DNA of 64,000 bases from contig CM022675.1 in assembly GCA_012295275.1 (NCBI GenBank), positions 7,378,001-7,442,000 on the forward strand, written 5' to 3'. The DNA comes from Chrysomallon squamiferum. Its lineage: Eukaryota > Animalia > Mollusca. Below the pieces are notes generated by a model. It was given only the letters and a program-made list of their open reading frames with translations. It had not been told where the DNA came from and did not search any database. Below, one piece after another: positions 1 through 13,561 of this stretch (position 1 is its first letter; each line of letters begins with the position of its first letter). The position numbers and the translations under genes were made by a program.

Positions 1-176
1 TTTTATGACAAAACATTTTTTTTTAATTTTTTCAGTTTAATTATTATATTTTAGGGTCTTAAAGTGAACTAGCTCAAAGCTTAGAAAAAGACATTTATCT
101 TTCCTTTCATATATATATATAAAAGCATAGAAAAAGAAATTTATCTTTCCTTTTATATATATATACATATACATAT

Positions 177-245
177 ATAGTTAAACCTGATTACAACAAC
201 TGGGCAAAAATGGTTGTCACAGAGAGGTGGTTGTTTTACTGAGTA
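177..245. mobile_element. Degenerate pogo/Tigger-like MITE fragment
   Basis: After a TA run, tagttaaacctg...aaaaatggttgtcacagagaggtggttgttttactgag resembles from memory the CAGTNAAACC...GAGGTGGT pattern of invertebrate pogo-family MITEs. No second TIR located. Confidence 0.3.
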
Positions 246-287
246 AAAACATAATGAAATGCATTATGGGTTCAAACTCAATGTGAG

Positions 288-332
<45 letters not shown>

Positions 333-1097
333 GTTGATTTATTATTTTGACAACATTAAGTATTTCTAATGAGTTGCAGTAGGTCACAGTTACATTTTTA
401 ATTATTCCATATTTGTAAGATAGCCAAGAATCACCATGAGAAAAAAAAAAATTAAATAAATGAATAAAAAGGGATCTTAAATTTTTTTTTCATCAAGTTT
501 TATTCATTTCATACGACTCAGAGTTTACCAACATTGGTGGTTGATGTATATTTTTTAAGTTTAATTTGCACTCCCAGAACTGTTGCAAAAGTCTGACTGT
601 CATGAAAATAAATAACACTGTTGGGGTGGGTGTGAAAGGAAAAGAAAGAAAGAAAGAAAAAATATAGCATTTAAAAAATAATAATAAAAAAAATTCTTTT
701 TTTAAATTTATGGCATCCAAAACAAATTGTAATAAATATTTTTTTCAGAGTAAATCAAACTTTTTAAAAGTCTATAGAATTTATTATCGTAATGATAGAA
801 GATTTTAAACATAAAATATTATAACATAAAATAAAAAAACATTCAAAATTGTATGTTTATTTTAATTGAGAATAAATTTAAACACCTTTTTTTACTTGTA
901 AGTGATTACAGAAAATTAATTTTTTTTAATTTAAAAAATTTAATGAAAATAAAATGGCATGCTTTTTAGTCTGTAAAATGGTTGAAATTTTTTTTTTTTT
1001 GAGAAAAATACAAAAATCCATGACAGACTGAGGATATTATACAGTTTTGCAATGATTTGCTAATTCTGTTACGATTTTTTAAAAATTTATTGCTTTA

Positions 1098-1131
<34 letters not shown>

Positions 1132-1394
1132 TTAATTATTATTTTAATTGTTACTCTTAGTTATTATGCAAAATTGTTCACAATAAGTAAGTAAGTAAGT
1201 AAATAAATGAATAATTTATTTGATCTGTCAGAATTTCTATTTTAAAATTCTTTTATACGTTCATTTTATAAAAATTTACAGTAGACGATAATAATAATAA
1301 TAATAGTAATAGTCATAGTAATAGTAACCATAATAATAATATTTCAATAAAGCTCAAATACTTGACATATTTGGTTTCCTGAGATCTATTAATA

Positions 1395-1445
<51 letters not shown>

Positions 1446-2745
1446 CAAACTTAATGTACTATGCAGATTGTTTATTGCTTGTTATACCACTTGTGGTTTC
1501 TGTTAATATACCACATGCAGTTACTTCATAAACAACACACATACACAGCTAACCATATGTTGCAGGATTGGTCAAACCACTCCTAGTAATAACAGCTAGT
1601 TTGATGTTATCATCCTTTACACACACACCTTTCATTATTTTATTAAATTTCCTTGGTTGTTTTATTTTTAGTTTTATCAGCAGTAAGTTAATAATAGGTA
1701 ACTTACCATTTCTGTCATATTTTCAAGACTGATTTTATTATTATTATTATTATTATTATTTATTTACTTATTTATTTTATTATTATTATTTATTTATTTA
1801 TTTATTTTATTATTATTATTATTTATGTATTTATTTTATTATTATTATCATTATGGTTTGATACTATTATTATTTATTTTCTTATTTATTTTATTATTGT
1901 TATTATTTATGTATTTATTTTTTTTTATTATCATTATGGTTTGTTACTATTATTATTTATTTACTTATTTATTTATTTAATTACTATTATTATTAATTTA
2001 TTTTGTTACTATTATTATTATTATTTTTATTAATTTATTTTATTATTATTATTTACTAATTTATTTTATTATTATTATTATAATATGTTTTTCTGTTTCT
2101 TTGTTTATTATTTTTAATATTTTCAAATTTTATTTACCAAAAAATATGGAGAAAAGGAAAATAGCAACCCATAAGCATCTTTAAACTTTATGTAATATAA
2201 TTATTATACTTCATTGTTAGAAAAGGTTGATTTCAATCATTTTTGTCAGACAAGAATTTTATTTATTTTTTGTTGTTTAAAAAAGATTGATGTTAATAAC
2301 TGAACTGAATGGAAATTAAAAATGTATTTTTCTCTGTTTGTTTATTACAAAGTAGATACAATTTTATCAGTATAAGTAGAAAAATAGTTTAAAACTCTTT
2401 TCTTCACTCTGTTGTTTGATTCAAGTAATTTATTATTTTCATATCTTCATAATTAAAAAAAAAAAAATATTCAGTTCAAGTCTTTATTTTAATGTCACCA
2501 AATAACATGCAAAGACTGAATCAAAAAAATTATATATCTTAGTTCTGGAAATTCTAATTTATGAATAGGGTTATTTCCCCTTCTGGCTAATTTATTTAAT
2601 TTTTAAAATATTTTTATTATTATTATTATTATTATTATTTTATTGCATTTAAATAACTGCTGGTATAAATATGTGACCCATCATATCAAATCAAGTCTTA
2701 AACCACATAATCCAATACTGAATTTTAGCCAACAATACCGGAGTG

Positions 2746-2809
2746 ATATATAAATTCTGATTTTGATATTTTGTTAAAAATTGAGGTTTTTTTTATATGA
2801 ATATATACA

Positions 2810-2857
<48 letters not shown>

Positions 2858-3000
2858 AACACAGACACACACATATATATACAAACATATAATATATGTA
2901 GGTATAAATATATATGTATGTCTGTGTGGGTGTCTCTGTGTGTGTGTATATAAAAAAAACACCTATTTTCACCAAAATATCAAAATCAGAATATTATATA
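2746..3000. mobile_element. Foldback / MITE-like element with internal CA and TG microsatellites
   Basis: Perfect 19-bp inverted repeat ttctgattttgatattttg (2755-2773) / caaaatatcaaaatcagaa (2973-2991), extending imperfectly to about 45 bp, in TA-rich flanks. Confidence 0.6.
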
Positions 3001-3031
3001 TGTGTGTATGTGTGCTTGTGTGTATATTTGG

Positions 3032-3062
<31 letters not shown>

Positions 3063-3464
3063 GCTATATGTATAAATGTATGTATCTCTTTGATCTTGAG
3101 ACAAAACTGACAAATATTGATTCTAAGATTTGATTTAGAGCACACTTCATGAACACTGTTCTTTGCCTCATTTTCTCAGAAAAATATATATTTTACCCTT
3201 TATTTTTGATGCAGCAAGGCAATACAGAGATGAATGAGGCATCAAAATGAAACTGTTTGCATCAAGAATCTGAAAAATGTTCAAAGCTCCAAAAAGCAGC
3301 TTAATATCTTTTTGATGTAAACAGTCACATATGTGATTGAGACATTAAATGTTCATTGATTCTTTCATATATAAATACCTAGTCACATATGTATGACAGG
3401 TCATAAAAAAGGCTACATATGTTAAAGGATAATGCTGATATATATATATATAAAATATACCAAC

Positions 3465-3815
3465 CTAGACTGTTTTCGTTTTGCAGGCAATTCACAGATA
3501 CTGAAGTTGACAGTGAGAAAGTCTATGTCCAGTGAAGGGAAATTTTAATATTAGCAAATTATTAAATTCATTCAAAAAATCATTTAAGAATCATTCCTAG
3601 ACTGCCTTTTTTTTCAGGCTTTTTGAGATGATGTCACAGAGCTCCAAAAGACCAAGAGAAAGTCTACATCCCAAAAAGGAGAAAAGACTATTAACAAAAA
3701 TGAATGCATTGGAAATTATTGATCTAGACTTTGTTCTTTTTTACAGGCTATTCGAGATGGTGTCATAGAGGCTACAATTGACCATGAGAAAGGCTATGTC
3801 CAGTCGAAGGAAACG
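3465..3815 (+). repeat. Three ~130-bp tandem units, the third being the real PSMD3 acceptor plus exon start
   Basis: ctagact...pyrimidine tract...cag-gc...gagaaag.cta..tcc recurs at 3465, 3597 and 3724, with CAG at 3484-3486, 3615-3617 and 3744-3746. Confidence 0.85.
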
Positions 3816-3902
3816 GTTGATATTTACATGACGAAGGAACCAATGGCTGCCTTCCATCAACGTATCAGCTTTTGTTTGGATATTCACAACAACTCTGTAA
3901 AA
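3747..3902 (+). CDS. PSMD3: 26S proteasome non-ATPase regulatory subunit 3 (Rpn3), internal exon (end of PCI domain / start of C-terminal region); upstream exons lie outside the window
   Basis: Acceptor ttttttacag, donor gtgtgt at 3903. 156 nt translate to [52 protein letters not shown], recognisable as the conserved PSMD3 segment. Phase 0-0. Confidence 0.96.
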
Positions 3903-4213
3903 GTGTGTGAAAATATTTTCAGAATTTGCTTCATTAATTTAAAAGAAAAACAAAATATATAACATAATTGTGTTGCTGATGCTGAACATTTCCTTATTGT
4001 TGGGGATGACATATTTGTATAGTGAATTTGCTTTATTTTTTAAATGATTGTTGTGATATGGCTTTTTCAAATGATAAAAAAAAAACCTTAGTAATTATAA
4101 AAGAATTTTTTTTTTATTTGCCTTGAAAGTTAAGCAAACACTGAAGGTTAAAATCAAATTAGAAAAATAATTGTTTAAATTCACATATTCTGATTTACAT
4201 TTTGTTTTTGCAG

Positions 4214-4264
4214 GCAATGAGGTTTCCACCCAAATCATACAACAAAGATTTGGAATCAGCTGAG
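4214..4264 (+). CDS. PSMD3: PSMD3 penultimate coding exon
   Basis: Acceptor tttttgcag, donor gtttgt. Translates to AMRFPPKSYNKDLESAE, matching the animal PSMD3 motif. Phase 0-0. Confidence 0.96.
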
Positions 4265-4332
4265 GTTTGTGCTTATTTAAAAACTTTAAACTAATTACAT
4301 TAATAAATTACCCTAAAATTGGTTTTGTTTAG

Positions 4333-4610
4333 TTTGAAATACATTTTTGTATGCTTTTTACTTACTGTTTTAGCTTTCACTGTTTCCAGTCTTTTCTGAT
4401 AACAAAGTTTGACAATAAAATGTTAGTTGTATGTAATTTTAATGCAGAATTTTATTAATAAATGATCCTGAAATATATTTTTTATACTTTGAAATACATT
4501 TTCAATGCTTTTAAGTTACTGTTTTAGATTTTAAATTGACAAACTTTTCCTGACCTGATAATAAAGTTCACAGTAAAATATTATTTAGATATATTTTTAC
4601 TATAGAATTA
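4333..4610. repeat. ~155-bp tandem duplication in PSMD3 last intron
   Basis: tttgaaatacatttt...atgctttta...ttactgttttag...ctgataa.aaagtt occurs near 4333 and again near 4488. Confidence 0.75.
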
Positions 4611-5521
4611 ATTTTTTAAAATTTGTTTTCCCCCATTTTACAGCTAATTCATTGATCATGCAGTGTTTATGTTATAAATTTATTATTGTTTTCATAATTA
4701 TTTTATTTTCAAATTTGATTTTCAAAATTACATTTTGAATACTGTGTTTAAAATATTCATTTAAATTATGTTATAATAGTTTTGGATATCATCTCTGTAT
4801 AATTTTTAGGTAAACATTTATCATTTTAGAGCTGGTTGGATTAATTTGTGATGCGCTGTTAGCAAATTTCTTCTATCATTTCATCGTTAATAATCATAAT
4901 ATTTCAATAAGGTTGAAAGCTTCATTTATCATCAAATTAGTTTCCTAAAATCTGTTAATAATAAACAACAAAAAAAAGGGGAAAAGGAAAAGAAAATCAG
5001 ATTGTTTATTGTTTGTTATGCCATGTTATGGTTTCTTTTAATGTACCACATGCAGTGATTTTATTAAAAAATAATAACAATGAAAAATAATAAGGAATAA
5101 CATATGTATATCTTGGGATAGGTCCTGTAAATGTTGTATAATAACTGAATCTAATGCAGCAGCTATTAAAAAAATATAACACATCTTTAATATGTTAAAA
5201 CCTTTCTTTTAAAAAAATTAAATATCTTTTATTTTCTTAATATTGAAAATACATCTGTATATAGATGAGTGTGTTTGAGTTAGTGTGTGTGTATGTCTTC
5301 ATTTGTATTATGTGTATATATATATAAAAACATTTATCACAACATTTAGAGAACCTTGATTTTCTTCTTTCTTATTTTTAAAAATAATAATCAACTGTTG
5401 AAAGTTTAACATTAGTTTAATAACACTTTGTGTGTGTGTGTGTGTTTGTGTGTTGTGTGTTTATGTTTTTAACCAGACAGTGAAAAAACAATTTTCCAGT
5501 AATTTTTAAATTTTTTTCCAG

Positions 5522-5600
5522 GAACGCAGAGAACGTGAACAACAGGAGCTTGAAAGTGCAAAAGAAATCGCAGGACGAAGATTTCGATGGTTTCCCTTGA
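5522..5600 (+). CDS. PSMD3: PSMD3 terminal coding exon (with apparent frameshift near 5573)
   Basis: Acceptor ttttttccag, then ERREREQQELESAKEIA. The conserved-type ending DEDFDGFP-stop (TGA 5598-5600) is in the +1 frame from 5574. Read without a shift it gives GRRFRWFPLNTLV-stop at 5612-5614. Confidence 0.9.
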
Positions 5601-5683
5601 ACACACTTGTTTGATTGGACGACGTAAATTTTGTATTCTGAAACAAAAATGTTTCGATTATATTTACAAGACAATTTCTACTA

Positions 5684-5689
5684 AATAAA
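5684..5689 (+). terminator. Candidate PSMD3 polyadenylation signal AATAAA
   Basis: First AATAAA, about 85 nt after the stop. The hexamer is common in this AT-rich DNA, so support is weak. Confidence 0.35.
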
Positions 5690-6160
5690 CATGTTCATGT
5701 TTTTCACAAGAAACAAAAGAAATTATTGCATGAGATGCTACATGATTTGAATTTTCGTTAGTAAAAAAAAAAAAAAAATTTTTTTTTTTTTGCCAAATTA
5801 AAAGCCGTTTTCAAATTGTTCTTTGTTTATGACAATATCGTCTTAAATTTTCAGGGTTTGTTTATTTTTTTCATTATGATTAATCTGTCACTTTGAAAGG
5901 GAGAAAAGAGTAGAAAAAAAAAAACGGAAATAAAAATATGATTCAGGGTAGATCATTGTTGATGTATGTATATGTTGCTTTGAATATGAATTGTTTATTT
6001 ATGAAAACAATGCTAAAAAAATTGATTAAACTTTTGAACTAAAAATGTAGAAAAGTACAAAATTATAAAAATATTTGTTTAGGTAACAAAGATGAGGAAT
6101 TAAAGATGCATTTTATGTATTTATTTTATTAATTAATTAATGTATTTATTTATTTATTTA

Positions 6161-6199
<39 letters not shown>

Positions 6200-6870
6200 T
6201 ATTATTATTATTACCAAAACCACTCTTAATAAACACTTCATTAAAATTTCATCCAGATATAAATGCAGAGAGTTCAAAAGTCAAGAGGAAGAAGTATCTG
6301 TCATAGATAAAACAAAAAACTTTGCCCCTAATAATATCCCTTACAGCTATTCATCCCTTATCGGGGGACAAGTCAGAAAGAGATTACAGTATTTATTTGT
6401 AAGAAAAATATTCAGCAAAATGTGTAAGATGTAAAAGTTAAGCTAAATGTGCATGTACCTTTTTAAAATACTGATTATCATATGGGAGAGTTGGTTACTT
6501 TAAAATAATTAATAATTAAAATAAAAAATTTTGTATTTGGTTTTTTAAAAAAAGAAATTTAAGTTTATGTTAATAGATTGGCAGTTGGTATTTAATAAAG
6601 AAGGATTTGTTAATCTATTTCTAAAATATTGATGAAGAAAATTGGATTTCATTAATTATTTATGATTTGAAAGAAAAAAAAAATGTTTTGCATTTGTCCT
6701 GAGATTTAAATGTTTGTACATCAGTGTTTAATCTATCATCTACAGATAATAATTTATAATTGAAACATGTCTGTAAAATTACATTTAGAACTAGAAGAAA
6801 TAAAATTAAATTTGAAATTTGTTTTAACAAGATATTTATTTCTGCTGTTACATAAAAGACTGATTAGATT

Positions 6871-7101
6871 TTGAGAGAAAATTTAAAAATTTAAATTTTT
6901 GCCTTCTCCTGGAAAACCACTGTCTATGATTCTAGGGTTAATAAACTAATGTTAAACTTTCAATAGCTGATTATTATTTTTAAAAAAACAGAAGAAAATC
7001 AAGGTACTCTAAATGTGATAAATGTATATATATATATATATATATATAATATAATACACAAATGAAGACATATGTACACATACATATTCAGTTGTATTTT
7101 T
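6871..7101 (-). repeat. Inverted copy of PSMD3 last-intron 3' region (about 5245-5521)
   Basis: 6938-7016 (gttaataaactaatgttaaactttcaatagctgattattatttttaaaaaaacagaagaaaatcaaggtactctaaatgt) is the near-exact reverse complement of about 5342-5424. Homology continues patchily on both sides. Confidence 0.9.
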
Positions 7102-8975
7102 AAACAAATCTTTGTATTAAAATGACTAAATATTTAACATCCAAATATAGGAAAAACAAAAAACTCATATAAAAAAATCAAGATATTGTTAAACAATTAA
7201 TATCCAATAATCAGTGATAAATTATTATTTTTTAATTTAAAAACTAATAGCTTTCTATTTAAAAAAAAGAAAAAAAAAAGATACTCAAAGGTAACTTTCC
7301 CAAGAATTTACGAAACACAGCATGAATAATTAATCCCATTTATTTAAATATTTAATTCTGTCAAAAATATTTTTTTTAAATAATGCATATCTAAATGTCA
7401 TCTTTTAATCATTTATGCGTTATGACTCATGCATGTTTTACTAGAGACCTGTGGGGGTAAAAAAAAAAAAAATCATATACACGTCTGCTTGTATGTATGT
7501 GAATCTATCTATATATATATATATATATATGTCTGTAATGTAGAGTTTGATAGATTATTACACTCCTAACATGATACTGCACAATATTAACACTGTTCTA
7601 AACATACAACTGTAAAAAAATGGTGTGAATTCGTCACAAATTTCTTTTCTCGTCAGGTTTTTTTTACAACGGGTAATTCGAATGGAAATATATATTTCAT
7701 ATCTTTGTCTGGTCTCCAAGTTCTAGTATTGCAGCAAGTGTTAAAGGATGAATACTCTGATCTCTCAGCACTTGCGTAATAAATTGGATAATTGAAAAAT
7801 TATTGCTGCTATATTGCTGAGGAAATAAAATTGGTGTAATTTTCATAACAGAGTGTAAAAGTGTGGTATATTTTTACATTAAAACCTCGCAATATTTTTT
7901 CTTTTATTTCTTTTATTATTTTTTTCATTAATGTCTTCTTCTTTTATTTAAAAAGATTAATAAACTTGATAATTGGAAATTATTAATAAAAGCAACTGGT
8001 GTGATTTTGAAGGCCAAAGTGTAAAACTTACTATATCGTCCATTGAAATGTCATAGGCTTTTTTTTTTCCATCAGCTTCTTAAGAAGATTAATGGCACCC
8101 AAATATATTCTATTACTAATGGTTATTTGGTACAAAATCATAAATTTCTTATTGAATAATGAAAAGAAGAAACCTGGTGTAGGCACTCCCAGGCTGTAAT
8201 TTAGTGGTGGTGGGTTTAGGGTGGAGTTAAAGCATTCAGTGAAAAGATATAACAAAAAAAAAAAAAAAAAAATCGGTTGGTTTGGACTTGTTAAGTTAGG
8301 TATTTTGTTATTGTCAGAACTGAGGAAAAATTTAAAAATACTTTATAGTGAGGGTTAAAGATAAAAAAGAAAAACAGTTTTTTAAGATTACATTTCAACA
8401 GAAAATCTAACACTATTTAGATGTATATATATGTGTGTGTGTGTGTGTTTGTTATTTTTTTTAATTAATAAAAAGTCTTGGCCAAGCATGGAACTTCAGC
8501 TAACAATAGATTAATAAAAATTTAAAAAAATGATATAGGGAGGATGAATCAGATATCAAAATGAAGGTTGTGGACTCAGAAATGTGGAAATGTTCATCAC
8601 GTTAATCTGCCAAAATGTGACTTAAGACTTGATTTGTTGTGAAGGGTCACATATTTGTGTCACATTTAATCCTATTCTTGACAGAATCAAAAGTTGTAAT
8701 ATGTGCATCCAAGGAATATGCACATTTTTTATATTATTAATTTTTGTTTTTGTTGTTTAATTTTAATTATTAGTAGCTAATAAAGGAGTTAATAGATAAA
8801 GATGATGATGATGATGATAATAATAACTGTGACATAATAGTATTGCAGAAATTGTAACAATAATTAAAAATAATAGCAACAATAATAGTAGTAATAATAA
8901 ACATCAGACAATATTTATGAGACGTCTGTATATTAAACTTGAAGTGTCCACGCTTTTTAAAGAACATTTTCAGAA

Positions 8976-9016
<41 letters not shown>

Positions 9017-9248
9017 TCACATAAACTCATAGGTTCATCTCTGTATACTTATAATTTAATAACATTTATGTTTCTGCACATCAAAAGATGCAAAAATTCA
9101 TCGGATCAAAAGGTTTCTACGGTCTTACTTTTTAAATCGAATAATTTTATAAATAATAATAATTTTTAAAACGTTATTGTGAACACCCACACAAAACATT
9201 TGGAATTTTTAAATGCTTAACTACAAAAAAAAAAAAAAAAAAAAAAAA

Positions 9249-9290
<42 letters not shown>

Positions 9291-9732
9291 AATAAATAAA
9301 TAAAATAATAAGATTACTTGAGATCAACAGTATATTGCATATTTTGTCGGAGTTTACATTATTTATTCGAACCGAACCCATGTCCATTTTTTTGTCGAAA
9401 ACGAGACATAATAGACTGGGAATTACTCCATTGATCCGCATCGTTGAAAACGTTGTAAACCCGACTACTAAATTACAGAGATGTTCTCAGTCAAAGTATT
9501 TTATTATTATTATTATTATTATATTTTGTTCTTATTGTTTTTCCCACATTGACATTCGATGTTTCTTGTTGTTTGAAACAGAAAATATTACACCCTACAA
9601 CTAATTAGAAAATGTACGCGTAACAACGGCGATTATTGTATGTAAAATATTTTCATCTGTTTGAATCGGATATACAGCGCATGTCTTGATCTCAATGGGT
9701 GTTCCCATTTACTAACATCAACCGACTTTTAT

Positions 9733-10295
<563 letters not shown>

Positions 10296-10299
10296 CTCG

Positions 10300-10630
10300 A
10301 AAGGCTGGATTTTATCAAATATTTCCTGGGTATGCAGGCACGCGCCGTATGCCTGGGTGAAATTTCCCCCGCAGACGTTCGTTTGTGTACACGGTACACA
10401 ACTCCGTTGTACCGTTAACTCTTTTTTTGCTTGAACAGAAGCGAAGAAAATTCGCAAAATCTTTGATACTTTTGCCTGGGGTATTGAACGCTGGAGCCAC
10501 CTCGCGCTGGGGTCGGCATTTCCCGGGGGCTGTACTATTTTTAGACGCGTCTATCGATTATATCCTGTCCCAAGGGCGTAACCCCGTTGAATAGAGTTGG
10601 TCGGAAGGAGTATACTGAACGCCTCAAGTG
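10300..10630. promoter_or_regulatory. GC/CpG-rich island, candidate enhancer
   Basis: Locally high GC and CpG. Perfect MEF2 consensus CTATTTTTAG at 10535-10544, repeated CCTGGG and TCCCnnGGG motifs, no credible ORF. Confidence 0.45.
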
Positions 10631-10883
10631 AAGCACATGTTCTTTTTTTTTTTTTTTTTTTTGTATATTCACAGTTCATGAAAAGTTTGCGCTCAGTTTT
10701 ATTATAAAACGGAGAAAACGCGAAAAGTAGTTTACGAAAGAAAAAAATTTGCTGCAGTTTGTAGTAACGTGATGATGATGATAATGATATTGAGTTATGA
10801 TTAAGATTATTTTGATGATGAATGATAATAATACTGAAAGATAATCGTTATTTTGACGATAATAGTAATTATGATTATGATTA

Positions 10884-10937
<54 letters not shown>

Positions 10938-11064
10938 CATGTCTAAAATATTCGTCACTGTTATCAACATTATAATCATCATCATATTATTATTATTATT
11001 ATTATTTTTTAGTTGTTGTTGTTATTGTTTCGTGCAGACAACAGGCTGTCTACACCCAGTGGCA

Positions 11065-11080
11065 TGACGTCACATCCGGC
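11065..11080 (-). promoter_or_regulatory. ETS-CRE composite site
   Basis: tgacgtcacatccggc reads GCCGGATGTGACGTCA on the minus strand: a full CRE overlapping an ETS core (GGAT variant). Confidence 0.55.
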
Positions 11081-11341
11081 CTTCTGCCTATCTAGAAGTT
11101 CATTTTCTTTTATACTTAATTTCTTTAGGAGTGCTCACGGAAAGGGGGGATAGGCTTCTACCCCGTTTTAAAGCCCTCTGTAGTTTTGACGACGTATTTG
11201 AATAATATTCATTTTGTAAATGAATGAATAAAAATAAATAAACAAACATGATATGTCTTCGTCAAAAAAATATATTCAAAGTGATGCAAGTGTGAATCTG
11301 TTAAGCAATATATTAATAAGAATTCACTTCATTTCTTATTT

Positions 11342-11380
<39 letters not shown>

Positions 11381-11545
11381 TTATAACAGAGTTGATATCA
11401 CGTGGGCCAGATGTTGACCACCTTTGTACCTGGAGAAAGAGCGACGGATAGATGGAGACAAAGGGAGAGATAAATAGAGAATGAGAGAACGAGAGGAAAG
11501 AGACGAAGAAATACAGAGATAGAGAGATAGACAAAGAAACCGAAG

Positions 11546-11631
<86 letters not shown>

Positions 11632-11769
11632 CTAAAATTTTCTCAAGCTTGTCAAGCACTTCACTTCTACGTCCTTTTTATCTGTTTTAAATAGCAACCG
11701 TCTGCTTTTGACCTGTTTCCCCTAGATGATATAAAAAAAAAAAAAAAATAAAAAAATAAAATAAAATAC

Positions 11770-11804
<35 letters not shown>

Positions 11805-12010
11805 GAAAAACCACCTGTTAAAACTCATGTACATGTTTTTATTTCACATTTGAACGAGAAGTTACTACCTTTCACTAAAACTATCGATTCGGCAGTACGT
11901 CTGCTAGTTTGTTAACCCTTTCACCGCGGAATGACAGAAATCGACGATGTTAGCATGAGTCAGCGCTGACACGCGGGAGGGAGGGGTTGTGGTGGTGGAA
12001 ATCTTTCTTT

Positions 12011-12043
<33 letters not shown>

Positions 12044-12052
12044 GAAATAAAA

Positions 12053-12083
<31 letters not shown>

Positions 12084-13218
12084 ATTATTTCAAACACTAT
12101 TTTTTTTTTTTAATTAATTTAATTTTTCTTTTAATTTTTTTTTAATTTTTTTTTTTTTAAAATATGAATAATTTGATTAAAATGTCTATTATTAGTACGC
12201 ATGTCACTTTTCTAGGTCGTCTGATCTTAGCAAAACACGCCAAAGAAAAAACCGAAGATAAAGAACATCAAAAACGAATCACATAGTAATTTATTTTATA
12301 TATCTTTTTGTAGTTGGATTCGCTTCGGCAATCAGTCTGGATTATGAAAACGACCCATGAATTTAAGAAAAATAAATAAATAATCATAATAATATATTCA
12401 TATAAATATCCAGTTACGATATTATATACTTTTATAGAACAATAAAGGACCATCAAAACGTTATGATACATTATTTGTTCATTTAATTGAAATTATTTTT
12501 TATTTAAAAGAGCATGACGTTTCGTTCTCTATCTGTTAAAAATAAAAACACATCACATATTTAATATGTCTTTCTTACAAAAAAAACTAAAAAAAAAAAA
12601 AAAAAAACCTCTCACCAAAGGTTGCCCTTTGTTTTAGAATCATTTCAGTCATTTTGTTGTCGGAAGTACACGCTGGAAACAAATTTAATGAGAGAAGAAA
12701 TAATATGCATGTGTAATTATTTATTTAATAAATAAATCTTGTTAAAAATCACGTGACTTGGCCTGCGTGCACAAATGTCGAGTTGGCGGGTGGGGGGGGA
12801 TAATAATAATAACCTTTGTAAGAAATTGTGAGAAGAGAGTGTTAAATGAAGCCGATGATATATTTTGTTCACGTCTGTCGCACATATTTGAGGCGTAATA
12901 AAATGAATAATCTAAACACATTGTCATTTCCGTCATAAACCGGCAGTGACGTTAATAATGCAGACGTATCTGCGTTGACAGGACCACAGCTTTTAATAAA
13001 TGAAGGATGGGAACGGATAGGGTTATATGAACTGACATACATATATACATACATACATACATACATACATACATACATACATACATACATACATACATAC
13101 ATACATACATACATACAGGCATATCGGCATACAAACATAAATATATAGATACATGCATACAGACATACCAAATGCATATACTAAATAAATACATTCGCAT
13201 GTAAATATTATATACATA

Positions 13219-13302
<84 letters not shown>

Positions 13303-13528
13303 TACAAACACACACAAAACACACACACACACATACATAAAACATTCATGTCAGCTCAAATAATTTAAACATTACGTTGCCGGTGGTCATTCCCGTAAAG
13401 TTTACATACAAAAATGGATCGTAAGACATTAAATCTAAAAAAATGTGAACTAAATACAATGCTCTATTAACATCTTTGGTGTCTATCACAAACTTTCATT
13501 CATTCACTGACAACATCATCTGAGGGAA

Positions 13529-13561
13529 TGACGTCACTATTATGGTAGGGCCTATTTATAA
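13529..13561. promoter_or_regulatory. CRE plus adjacent MEF2-type site
   Basis: TGACGTCA 13529-13536 and CTATTTATAA 13552-13561. Confidence 0.45.

Noticed and set aside
1-3460. Further upstream PSMD3 exons
   Set aside because: The expected preceding peptide (ending roughly DAEFIVAK) was not found, so it must lie before the window.
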